A DNA stretch of 64,000 nucleotides from Narcine bancroftii (lineage: Eukaryota): contig NC_091479.1 in NCBI RefSeq assembly GCF_036971445.1, positions 80,786,001 to 80,850,000 on the forward strand, written 5' to 3'. Under the pieces are notes generated by a model. It did not search any database and was not told where the DNA came from. It was given only the letters and a program-made list of their open reading frames with translations. Positions 1 through 40,300 of this stretch are shown here, piece after piece; the first letter of the stretch is position 1, and the number at the start of each line of letters is the position of its first letter. The translations under genes and the position numbers were made by a program.

Positions 1-404
1 ATTTGATTGTTGTACTTGAAAACTAACCTTCAGTGATTTGTGTACAAATCCTTCTGAACACCAACATTTTCAATGACTTAACAGTTTAAAAAATTGCATC
101 TTTCATTGACCACTTTTATCTTGCTAGACTCAAGATCATTCCTGGCAAATGCTGGCTGATCTCAACAGCATCTCCTTTTGTGACTGTAAAAGGAATCCCA
201 TGAAAACTCTTAGCAATGAAGACTTTATCTATTGTTCCTTCCACATGCAAAGGTACAGTGGATGTGGGTAATTCCCACTACACAAAGAAATCTGACAATA
301 GTGCTTTGCTATGAATCTTGCAGTTAAAGATCTCAATCTATCCAGGACTCTCACAAATGGCAACATTCTATTAAAATGGCAAAAAGATCATTTATAAGCC
401 ATTC

Positions 405-900
405 TCTTTTTAAAATTTTTTTCAAAAATATACATAGTAACTTTTTAAATATGCAATATATTGAACTTTTTTCTTACAAACACAACAAACAAAAACAAAA
501 AAGTCCCTTCCTCCTCTCCCCCTCCCCACAATACATACAGATCCATTCACCATCAGAACTTACATATATTTTAAATATAGAGTACAGTTTGGGAAACTAC
601 GTTTTTGTATGTATAATAGTTACTTTTATAACCCTTTTTCCCCCCCCCTTTTTATTACTGTATCTGGGCCCCTATATGGTCTAGGTATTGCTGCCAGACC
701 TTTATAAAAGTGTCATATTTGTTCTTTGTTATATGTGATTTATTTTTCCCATAGAACAACTGTTCATTAGTCCACCATGCTAGAAGTAGAGGGGAGCTGG
801 ACTTGCAAGTGATTGCGATTATATCAGCCACCTGTTCCCCACTTAGGGCCAAGGACTGAAATCATTAATTCTTTTGGTTTTTCTTGTTGGGAGGAGAGAA
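405..900 (-). mobile_element. L1 3'-end fragment
   Basis: ORF 655-852 resembles an L1 ORF2 C-terminus (KNKYDTFIKVWQQYL), followed by a G-rich 3' UTR and A-rich end; limits approximate. Confidence 0.55.
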
Positions 901-1239
901 ACATGAAAGACACCAACTAAACTTGACTGCTTCACAGGGAAGGGGGCCCATAAACTGAGCAAAGTCCTAAGGAGGCATAACTAAAAAGTTTAGAATGACT
1001 GAATACATTATCTGTATTATTTTCATGGAATGTCATGCCAGTTAGTTTCTATAAAACTATTCTGCGACATAGCATAAACTATTAAAGTTACAGGTCAAGA
1101 AATACAAGTCTGTGCAATAAAATGATCAAAAATAAGCTTGACAATGTAAAAATAAAGACATTAATAAGTTCAAGTTGCAGTCTGTATGAGCAACTAATAA
1201 TTGATAACAGAATCCATGTCTTAACTCAGTACAACTTAC

Positions 1240-1361
1240 TTGTATCCTAATGATGGTAGAAAAGAGTTGGCAATCTGACTGCGCAGGTCACCGAGAGTAG
1301 GCTCATTCTGTTCCAACTCCACCCAGCCTCTCTGTCTTTGTATACGCACTCGCAGTTTCAT
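1240..1361 (-). CDS. FBXO7: F-box only protein 7, first coding exon (N-terminal Ubl domain); rest of gene lies left of the window
   Basis: Minus strand reads MKLRVRIQRQRGWVELEQNEPTLGDLRSQIANSFLPSLGY, then AA|GTAAGT. Resembles the human FBXO7 N-terminus ([30 protein letters not shown]...GYS). 122 coding nt, phase-2 donor, CAG acceptor at 1369-1367. FBXO7 is near RTCB in human. Confidence 0.9.
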
Positions 1362-2467
1362 TTTTGCTGATTCAACATAAAGGTGTTACGTGCTGTTGGA
1401 GGAGTAGAGATGGAAAGGGAAGAGTAAAATTAATTCCATCCAAAATTGCATTGTACCACTGCACCTCAAATTTAAGCGACTTGTGTTCATTAGTTCTGTG
1501 GCATTTATGGTGAGTCACTGTGGCTTTGAGGGGGATCATACACTTAATTCCCATGCAATACCAAGCAACTTATTTTCTGGCCAGCAAGAACAATAGACAG
1601 ATCCATGATCTCCAGTAAATATATCCAAGAATAACCCCCTTCCTCACAAATTTGTAAAGATAATTATGATAGCACAAGTACAATTGGCTTCAGGAACTGA
1701 TCCACAGCTGCAGGTTCTGTGGTACTGAACATTGATGCCCTCAGGAAGATGAAAACTCTTAATTCCTCATTTTTAAAATGTATTTTCAGGACTGGGCATC
1801 ACTGGCAAGGCTCGCATTTCATGCCCTTGAGAAGGTGACAGGGAGCCACCTTCTTGAACCACTGTAATTCTTCTAGGGAAGGTACTCCCACGGTGCTGGC
1901 TGTTCCCGAACTGGGCTGTCCAAGCCGCACTCCCCGAGGCAAGTGGGTAATATTCCACCACACTTCAGAGTGGTGTCAGGTAGAAAGGCCAGCGAGTGGC
2001 TGGAATATGGGCACTTAGGTCAGCAGCTCTTCCTGTGGCGCACCGAGACAACTTTAATATCTGATAAGACCCCAGTCTCAAAAGGCTCGGGAAAAGCTGC
2101 AAAGATATTTGGAACATCCTCCAAGTGCGACTCGGGGATTTTGACCAGCGATCAATTTGGCATCGCAGCAAGTTAAGCAGGAACAAGGAACATCGACTGG
2201 CTTCATTGCAGAGCTCTGGGAAAGATTAAGAAAATGCTTCTCCAGTTGCATGAGTAATAAATAAACACACTCGGGAGAAAATTGCAATATTAAATGTCTG
2301 AAAAGCACTGCGAAGAGGCAGGCTCTAAATGCAAAACTATGCGGGGCTTTGGCTTCTGCGAACAGAACGCACCCCCCCCCCCCCCCCCCACCTTCCCGAC
2401 ACGAAGTTACCCCACGACCCGGTTTGCTTTCCCCACTGCAGCCGCAGACGCTCAGGACATTTCAACT

Positions 2468-2660
2468 AGCCTCCCCCACCTCCCCCCTCACCCCCCCCTC
2501 CCCCAACCTCACCCCCCCCTCCCCCTAACCTCCCCCCCCTCCCCCTCCCCCTAACCTCCCCTCTCCCCCAACCTCCCCTCTCCCCCAACCTCCCCTCTCC
2601 CCCAACCTCCCCTCTCCCCCAACCTCCCCCCCTCCCCCTAACCTTCACCCACCCCACCCC
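2468..2660. repeat. C-rich low-complexity tandem tract
   Basis: Repeats of ccccaacctcccctct and variants. Confidence 0.9.
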
Positions 2661-2752
2661 GGACTGACGGGCCGGAGCTGGCGTGAATTGCGGCCTAGCA
2701 CCCGCTCCTAACTGCCAGGACCCACAGCTGTCGGGAAACTCCCCCAACTCAC

Positions 2753-2980
2753 CGCACACAGGCCGACTCTTGCCCTCTCCCTCCTCCTCCTTCCCACTCC
2801 CCCCCACTTGTCCCCCGGTTTGGCTTTGACACGAGCTATCAGCGGTCACTATGCTGATTGTTACTCCGAGACATCAGCCTCGCCACAGCCCCGCCTTCAG
2901 ACCGGGAGGGTGTCAGTCACCGACTGCGCCAGTCCACATCTTCCTGGCACTCCGAGCTGTGACGATTTGATTCCGCCATT
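2753..2980 (-). promoter_or_regulatory. FBXO7: Probable FBXO7 CpG-rich promoter and non-coding first exon
   Basis: CpG-rich patch with a strong minus-strand donor GCG|GTGAGT at 2753/2752, a GC box (ccccgcc ~2890) and a YY1-like CCGCCAT (~2973). Upstream boundary is uncertain. Confidence 0.55.
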
Positions 2981-3029
2981 ATTAATAAAGGCATCACTTG
3001 GTTCTGAAAACTTTTCTTTCATATAGAAG

Positions 3030-3210
3030 TAAAACACGAAAGTCTGCAGACACCGTGGTTGAAGTAAAAGCACAGTGCTAGAGAAACTTAGCAGGTCAAA
3101 CTTCAAAGGTAAAGATAATCATCAACTTTTCGGGCTCAACGTTGGTGATGTATCTTTATCTTTGCTCCATCCTCTGACCTGATGAGTTTCTCAGGCACTG
3201 CGTTTTACTT
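3030..3210. repeat. Short palindromic Penelope-associated terminal repeat, one of >10 copies (also ~3530-3660, 17660-17825, 26980-27130, 38820-38990, 51165-51280, 52090-52180, 61640-61750, 61965-62110)
   Basis: tgctggagaaactcagcaggtca ... tgacctgctgagtttctccagca arms around a gggct.a.gcccgaaac core. Confidence 0.7.
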
Positions 3211-4049
3211 ATTCCATATGGAGTTCTCGAACTCTAATACATTGCAGATTTTTTTCAATTCTGTTGTTTATTATTTGGGAAACCTTCACATGTTACTGGT
3301 ATACATTAGAACCACTTTTTAAAAAAGTCCTATTTATCCCTCCTTACTACAACACCTACAATATTTTGCGAACACTTTCGAATCAGTAATTAATATTTTC
3401 GTACGCAGGTTCTGAAAACAAACAAAAAACGATTCTGTGTTCTCCAGTAAGCAATCCATAGCGATCTGAGTGTTAGGTGAGAAGCAGAAAGTCTTAGAGA
3501 CATTTAGTAACCATGTGTTTAAAAAAAACCCAGAAATGCTGGAGAAACTCAGCAGGTCAAACTGTGCCTTTATGAAGCCAAGGGGAAAGATACATCACCA
3601 ACGTTTCGGGCTTAAGCTCGAAATGACCTGCTGAGTTTCTCCAGCATTTGTGTTTTTTTTAAATCTCACTTAACAGAATCCTGTGTTTTACCTTTAGTAA
3701 ACATGTGTTTTTTAAAAATCCGCATTTTACACTCTGGTCGAACCGGTTGGTCGATTTAGTAGGATTAGGGTTGATCTCAGTTTTCTCCTTTGATGTCTTT
3801 GCCTTCAAAAAATATTGAGGAAATATACTGAGAAAAACACAAGAAACATACAGGGATATTGACAAGAAAGGAATGTGGCAACAATGAGGAAAGATTAAAT
3901 AATTTTGCTATTTACTTTGGCATAGAGGCTGAAGGTTGACATTGGAGATGGATAAAATTTTTGAGGTCTGTCCAGGAAAGAACAAATAAAAAGTGGGAGC
4001 AGGAGGTGACCCTTCAAGATATAACCCTCAAGTGCCTGATCATTTAGAT

Positions 4050-5161
4050 CGCACATGTCAAACTCTGGCCCGCGATATAATTATATTTGGCCCACAAGAT
4101 CATATTAAATATATATTACAGTTGGCCTGCTGGCCGCCGCGCCAGTATAGCGCATGCACACTAAAGGTGAGAATGAAGACGCCGGAGGTGTGGAGGGATC
4201 TCAGAGTCCCGAATCCCGGGGATCGGAGCGCCGCACTCAGCCCACCCGGCTCCCAGACACACAGACGCGGCTGGAGTTGGGGACGATCCTCCCTGGGTCT
4301 GCGCTTCAGTGGCGACGCCGGACCGAATGTCTCGTTGGCGATGCCTACCCCCTCGCTCCGTGCGCGGCGGACCCTGCCTCCCGCTCCTTTTATTGGAGAC
4401 GAGCCCGGCGCCGTGAGATCGCAGTTTAATCCCTCTCCAACCATGGGAGGGGGGTGGGAGCAACGCGCTCTTCTCATCCAATTCCTCCACCACCCCGGAC
4501 GCCGGCGTTTCAACGGGGGGTTCGGGTGCCTTCGTCAGGCGACCGACCTGTTGGTCCAAGACAAGGGGAGAGCGTACAAACTCCACACAGACAGCACCTG
4601 AACTCGGGTGAACGTGGAGCTGCGACCCCACATTCCACATCAGGACTGTGTGTAAGATTGGGAGCAGTGAGACGGAAGCTTATTTTGTTCCTGTGATTTA
4701 AGCCTTTCTTGGGGTGGGGGGGGGGGTCCTTCTCTGACCACTTGCCTAACAATTAACCTAATCAGATGTGGAGTTACCACAATACAACAGTTCTCAACCT
4801 TTTTCTTTCCACTCGCGTCCCTGTGCCATTGGTGCTCTGTGATTAGTAAGGGATTGCTTAAGGTGGTCTGTGGGTGGAAAGAAAAAGTGTGAAGACCACT
4901 GCTTTAATCATCCCTCATTGACTCGTCATGTGCACGGTTTCAGATCTCCAAAGGAAATGGGCCAATGACAACGAAAGAGTTTATCCCAAAACTATTATTA
5001 AACATTTATTTTAATAAGAAAAAGTTCAACATTACATATGTTGAAAGAAGAGAAAACATGCAGATGTTGTTGAAAATTTTCAATAAATATTTAGTTCGGC
5101 CCTCGACTTAGTCCAAGTTTTTAATTTTGGCCCTCTGTGAATTTGAGTTTTGACACCCCTG
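4050..5161. mobile_element. Composite non-autonomous hAT-like element with CpG-rich interior and nested MITE (~4786-4970)
   Basis: Ends ...tgtcaaactc / gagttttgacacccctg, subterminal ggccc motifs, imperfect 8-bp TSD atttagat / ctctagat; nested piece matches the 7405 MITE. Confidence 0.5.
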
Positions 5162-5404
5162 CTCTAGATCATTTAACTGGCTATCTAAAATAGTTTTAGC
5201 TTCAAAATGTGCTCCTGTGAGTATAATGTTGATGCGTGTCCCGTGAATGTTATGAGATTCAAACACCGAAGTTCTGGCCCGAGTTGGCATTTTGAAAACA
5301 GAAACGCGTTGGTTGGTCGTCCGGCTGTTTTGAGCTGCCGCGGGACCGGTAGTGGAGGGGTCGCCGCCTGCGTGTAGTCATTTGGTATCGGGGCAATTGT
5401 CGCG

Positions 5405-34401
<28,997 letters not shown>

Positions 34402-34617
34402 TGGGAAATGTTGATAGTTTAAATCTTTAGATGAACTGACAACATTAGTAAGATTTGTGTACTATTTTGTGAAAAACCTCATTTATTTTTCCTGTTTGCT
34501 CATCATAAAGAATTAAGCTTCATTCAAAAATCTCAACTTCAAATTACCTTTTTGCTCTTGTGAATTGTGCTACAATTCTTTCCAATTTTTATTTTGAGAA
34601 AGCATGTATTTTTAAAA

Positions 34618-34627
34618 AATAAATAAA
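34618..34627 (+). terminator. Candidate RTCB polyadenylation signal (overlapping AATAAA x2)
   Basis: aataaataaa about 220 nt after the stop codon; another AATAAA at 34801. Usage not verifiable. Confidence 0.5.
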
Positions 34628-35757
34628 ATGGATTCAATTCAAGTACAATAAATTAAGAATCAAATCTTGTATTTTGTTTGAAAGATTTTGGTCAATATTA
34701 GAGAAACTCAACAAAACATTGTTTATGAAGTATATGATGGTCTCATTCAGGATAGAAGAGGATGTGCTATGTGCTAGAATTAATCGGAATACTATGGAGG
34801 AATAAAGTAGTCTGCAATCCCACACTTGATCACAATTTCATAATTCAGGTTAGAAAGTTTAAGTGGATTTTTAATGAGAGCAAGAGACCAATCTGAATTA
34901 ATCCTTTCAATGCTTGAATAGCTTTTGTGTGCATCTTGGAGGTTTGTAAAAAGCCCACGTACAGGAAAAGATAATTAACCTATGGAGTCTCCTTCAATTA
35001 TGCCATAACCCTCAATAACAGCTACTTTAAAGTGGAAAACATTCATAATTCTTCTGGAACACGAGACATGGCTCAAGCAGGGTAAATGTAATTTTAATTG
35101 AATAGGGATCAATCATGTTTTTTGTTCCTACAACCAGTCTTGTTTGGAAGGCAGATTAATATACTTATCACTTTACTAACAACGTCTAAATGAGGACACC
35201 TTGAATACAAATCAAGCACGTGAAGTAAAAGCTCGTGGGTGAAAGAAAACGACGTCAAAAGGGTGGCGGCGGATCCGCAAGGGGCTTTGCGGCTCACGGA
35301 CACAAAGGCAGCAAGTTGTTGGCAACTTGCAGATGAGGAATCCATGCAGGCTGATGTTAACTGGCTCATGAGTACCAAGTATTGAAACCAGGATTTGAGA
35401 GGGCGCTGAGGACAAGACAGGGTCCTGAAGGCTTCCTCATTGTCTCAGAGGATTGGATCTGGGCTTAGGTTGCTGATGGTTTGGACTGGAGTCTTGTGCA
35501 GCTGCAGATTGCTGGAGGCAAATCCATGGACACTGCATGACTCTAGTGGCTCTCTTTTGCTTCTCTTTCTCTGACCAAGGTGTGCTGAGCAATGCTAATA
35601 ATTAATCTTTGTCTCCCTTATGGCAGACTAATTTTGTGTAATATTGCATTTGTTTTATTACATGACAATAAATAGTGTCTGAAAGATCTTAATTTCTTGA
35701 GATGTTTTTTAACCATCAAGCATGAACCAGTCATCCCATGCAGAAATACGTTGGAAG

Positions 35758-35763
35758 TTTATT
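35758..35763 (-). terminator. Candidate WASHC1 polyadenylation signal
   Basis: AATAAA on the minus strand about 1.4 kb after the stop codon, at the edge of unique sequence; other candidates exist (e.g. ~36144). Confidence 0.3.
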
Positions 35764-37189
35764 AAACAAAGTTGGTGTTGAATTATGGTGACCTGTTTCA
35801 TATTACAGCTGATCTTTGCTGCTCTACTCAATAACAATTCAAAACTGTCATTAACATCCAAGCAAATGGGTAAATGATTCAATCGTGATAAATAAAAACA
35901 TTAATCATATACATTTAATTTCTATATATTCATATGTCCATGGTCAATTAGGAAAAACAATACCAGGTTCAACTGGAATAATGAACAGAATTGTAATGTC
36001 AATTAAGTAAAGACAAAATGACCATAGTGGCTTAGTCATCCAGCTCTGAAAAGTACAACAGCTCTGATTCTATCGTTAGGCATTGTTTCTGCATCTGCAA
36101 TAAGTGTGATCCAGGTATGCTTAATGACCATTAAGACCAGGGATTTTATTGCAGTCTGCTCTTTCAGTGTACTTGAGAAGAAATTGAAAGAATGATTCTT
36201 TAGCTATAGTAGAGGTAAAGATTGATGTAACCTGTTTTGGTGGAAAAACGTCAATTTCTTCATAGCAATTGGAATTAAAGCTTACTGCTAGAACAAATCT
36301 TCCATTTGTGGTCAGCAAAGTTCCACTGTTAGGTTAAAGTTCACCAGCTCGTGCAATAAATCCTAACCTAATCCTCAAAAAGATGATATCATCCATGACA
36401 CATTGCTTATTCAAGTGGTATTTATGCAATAGTGAAATGAGTGATAGCAAGCATGTTGCTTGAAACTTTTACAGAATATTTATATTGACCAAACTATTGC
36501 TGACTATATTTCAAAATTTACAATTAGACTAAATTTTACTACTGTTCTAAACTAGTCAGTTGATAGAAATTAATATTTTATCATGATTTTCCTAAACATT
36601 TGAGGATTAGGTACAGTGTAATCAAAAACCCTTCAAGACAGTGCAGCACTGGAGCACTAATTTTCCTGATCACCTTCTGTATGATGATTGGTAAGGGGAT
36701 TTGGCAGAGCCTGAAAATAAGTTACTGTGAAGAATGACCTTGCAATTCAAAGATAGAGGTTAATCCTAGCCGTGACTATTTCCAAACCTAAAATCTATTT
36801 TATAAAAGGAAAAAATATACCTGAGTAAATTTTGCTTAAAACAAACTATGAATGGTTTGTTATTAGAAACAGTGCAGATATCCTAGCAACAACTCATACT
36901 TTAGCTTTTGTATTGCAGACTGGACCACTTAATACAAGAGTAGGATAAAAAAAAATCTTATTAATATGGTCTTTAATCCATTAATTTAGTGAACTTGAAT
37001 CAGTAGGATTAAAAAGCTGTGTCCACGTCTCAAGCACAAAGGCATTAATGACAATTGGAGGCAACATTTCTTCTCAAAAGAAAAAAGCATTTCCAATCTT
37101 GACCCAGAATTGATAAGACACTAGAGTTCAAGCTTTCACAGGAACCAGAGATTAAATGCGTACATCCTTGCTGAATCATTCAGACAATA

Positions 37190-37356
37190 TCATGCTTCCC
37201 AGTCATCGTCATCTTCAGCAGTCTGTTGTTGCGGAGGTGGGAGAGGTGGAATGGCATCAGACATTCGAGCAAAAGCACCACCTGGTGCAGAAACATCGCT
37301 TCCAGTTACTTCACCACTTCCTTCACTTTGTTGTTGAGGGCCTTTACCTGAAATAC
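37190..37356 (-). CDS. WASHC1: WASHC1 coding exon 10 (acidic C-terminus)
   Basis: tgcag|(G)ISGKGP...[30 protein letters not shown]. Confidence 0.95.
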
Positions 37357-40300
37357 CTGCAAGAAATTAAACCTGCAAATTTGAACCAGCTTATTGAATA
37401 TTAATGCTATGCTGCAGTTAAGTAGCTCAAGCTACAGTTCTGAATAAAATATCAGTAGGGAGCACATCCTCAGCTCAAAATCAAGTTAGAAAATAGTTGG
37501 AAGCATAAGCCTGTCCATAGGTTGATATTAAATGGTAACTGGTTTCAATAGAAGTCCTGAAGCGAACCAACTATGAAAATGCTACTGAAATGGATTAGAG
37601 GTGGAAGCTCTGTATTAACAGTTTTTGTACACTTTGGATATAGCACCTAAGTAAAACTTTTCTTTTTAAATATTTGCATTAATTGAAGTTAAAAATCAAC
37701 ATTTGTTTGTCATTGGGTTTTATACCTTTCCTCCTCATTGCAAGCTTGTTGAAAAGATCAGCCATCATATTCCCACCTCCTTCCCTTGTTCCACCTACAA
37801 ACATAAGACACATTTAGCAAAATGTCCACTTCATCCTCGCCCTACTCAAAATCAATGAGTGGAGGCGGGGAAACAACCAGTTCCATTACTGTAGTTGTAC
37901 TAAATACTTGCTTTCATTTTAAATTCTCAAACATATTACAGGTTGTACCTCTTTAATCCGGCGTCATTGGGACCTGGCCATTGCTGGGCCACAAAAAATG
38001 CTGGAAAACAGAAATTGACCCCTAAGGGAACCCCTCCCCCCATGTAGGTATAGCAAAAGTAGAACAAAGCTTAAAAAAGAAAATTATACTGTGAGGCAGT
38101 AAAGTGGTGAGTGCAATGCCTTACAGAACCAGCAATTGGGACCAGGGTTCGAGTCTGTGCTGTCTATAAGGAGTTATTACTAACGGCAGCAGATTCAAAT
38201 GAGCCGGACCACAGAGTGGTGGATGAAAGGTACAACCTGTATCAAACTATCTGAAAATAAAGGAGGAGGAAAAAAAAGCCACTCCACGCAGAATATTTCT
38301 ACTATTCAACAAATGAAACACAAATGGGAGCCATTTTTTGCAACCATCAGCATGAAAAGGTTCATGTCTGCAACAGGTGATATTCATTTTATTTAAACCA
38401 ATCCCCAAATATGTAGCAGGTATTAACAGTTCCTGAAAATGAGGGAATATGAAAAATATTTTAACAGCTCCAAATATTAAATATAAATGTAAACAATGGT
38501 TTCAAAATCCAGAGTCATGTGCTAACCAAAGAGTTAGATGGGATAATACCTTGTTCCTGCTCTTTTTGTTTTTTCTTTTCCATTTTAATAGTTTTTGCAT
38601 TGCGCAGTTTGGCTTTCCCAATTCCTCCTGCCTGCCGGATAGATTCCAGCAGACTGGCTCTTCCATTTGAGGGCTTTACGACTTCCTGAGGTGCTCCTTG
38701 AACAATACCATCTTCCAAAAAAGAAAATAGAGAAAGCAGAAGTCAGGAAATGTATACTTAACAAATCAATCCAATTTTAAAAAAAGTATAATCAGCTCGG
38801 ATGTGAAAAGATGGAGAAAAAGCTGCAAATGCCAGAAGTCTGAAATAAAACCAAATGCTGGAACCACTCAGTAGGTTTGGCAGCATCTCTGCCAAAAGCC
38901 TTCCATTAGAATAGTCAACCTGAAATAACAATTTCTCTCCCCTGTTGATGTTGCCTGATCTGTTGGGTGTTTCTAACAGTTTCAGCTTTCTTTTATATCA
39001 ATAGATATTTGATATAGAAAATCTAATTTAACATCCCACGGAGACTGAATTTACTATGGTTCCTGGACATTAGAAAGCATTTTGTAGAATCTCCAAATAT
39101 CATTGCAAACAGAGCAACTGTTTCATCTACAAGCAAAGTTCATTAAATGGTTCTTTTTTTAATCTGTTTCTAGTTGAGTTGATAAATGCGAGAATGTTGC
39201 CAAATACACCAGGGTCTTTTAACAAACAAGCCATGTACTACTTCAATAGGAACCCACAACAAAAATAATGCTCCAATCCATCAGTTCTGCATCAAAGGAT
39301 CTCAGCTCATGAATCAAAATTGCCTCTCCTCTTGCTTTTGAATTAAAGGAAGATGAAAATCCACGTCCAACCCAGTCCCTCTTCAATCTCAAATGTTCTT
39401 TTTCGGTTAAATGAGTCTCCTGCAAAAAAGCAATGTCAACTTTCATCTTTTTTATACAAGCTAAAACACGTTTTCTCTTAATCGGATTATTTAAACCCTG
39501 AACATTAAACATTGCTTTGAACTTGTTTCTTTGTCGGAATCAGTTGGTCGTATTTTAATAATTAATTGTTTGCTGAGCCATGGTCCTTATTGAATGTGTA
39601 TGCAGCTAATGTTGATGATGAACAGTTTGTGTCTGAAGCTTTCTTAACTTTAGGTCAAGTTAAGGAGAATATTTTGATTGGGGGAGACTTCAATTGTGTG
39701 TTAGACCCATTATTGGATAAATTTCTAAAAGTTGTGAAAAAAATCAAAAGCAGCGGTTCAATTGGTTTCCTTGATGAAAGATCTGAATTTGATAGAGGTC
39801 TGGAGATTTATTAAGGATCAAATTGCTATTTATTTAGATTTGAATAAGAATACAGTCAGGAATAATTTTATTGTATGGGATACTTTAAAGGCATTTCTAC
39901 ATGGTCAAATCATTAGTTATGCATCAAAGGAAAAGAAGAAATTTCTGGTAGACTCTCAGTTGTTTGGAAAAACAAATAGCAGAGTTAGAAAAGGAATTTC
40001 AGAGGAATTTTACAGAAGATAATAAGGCTTTTTTAACAAAATTGAAGCTAAAATATAATATATTGCAAATGGACCAATTTGAACGTTTTCTTCAACATTT
40101 GTATAAAATTCAATTTCCTTTAGATCCAAAATGTTTTTGTGAGGTTATTTTACTTCGTTAGTGGACTTGGGGTTGGATAAGTTTCATACAGCGTTTATTC
40201 ATCTAACATTGGCACTTGCTTGTAAATGTCTTGGAAAGATGAAGCGGAGTTAAATGTAGTTCGATGGCATCATGAGTTGAAGTCGTGTATCTATATGGAG

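Noticed and set aside
28-368. Minus-strand segment with acceptor- and donor-like ends as FBXO7 exon 2
   Set aside because: Stops in all frames read and no match to the expected Ubl continuation (GIVSGDLI-like)
2520-2645. Interstitial telomere repeat
   Set aside because: Only isolated CCCTAA units within a poly-C tract; no (TTAGGG)n array
3993-4752. Several overlapping ORFs up to 202 aa
   Set aside because: No recognisable domain; expected in GC-rich sequence inside a repeat-bounded block
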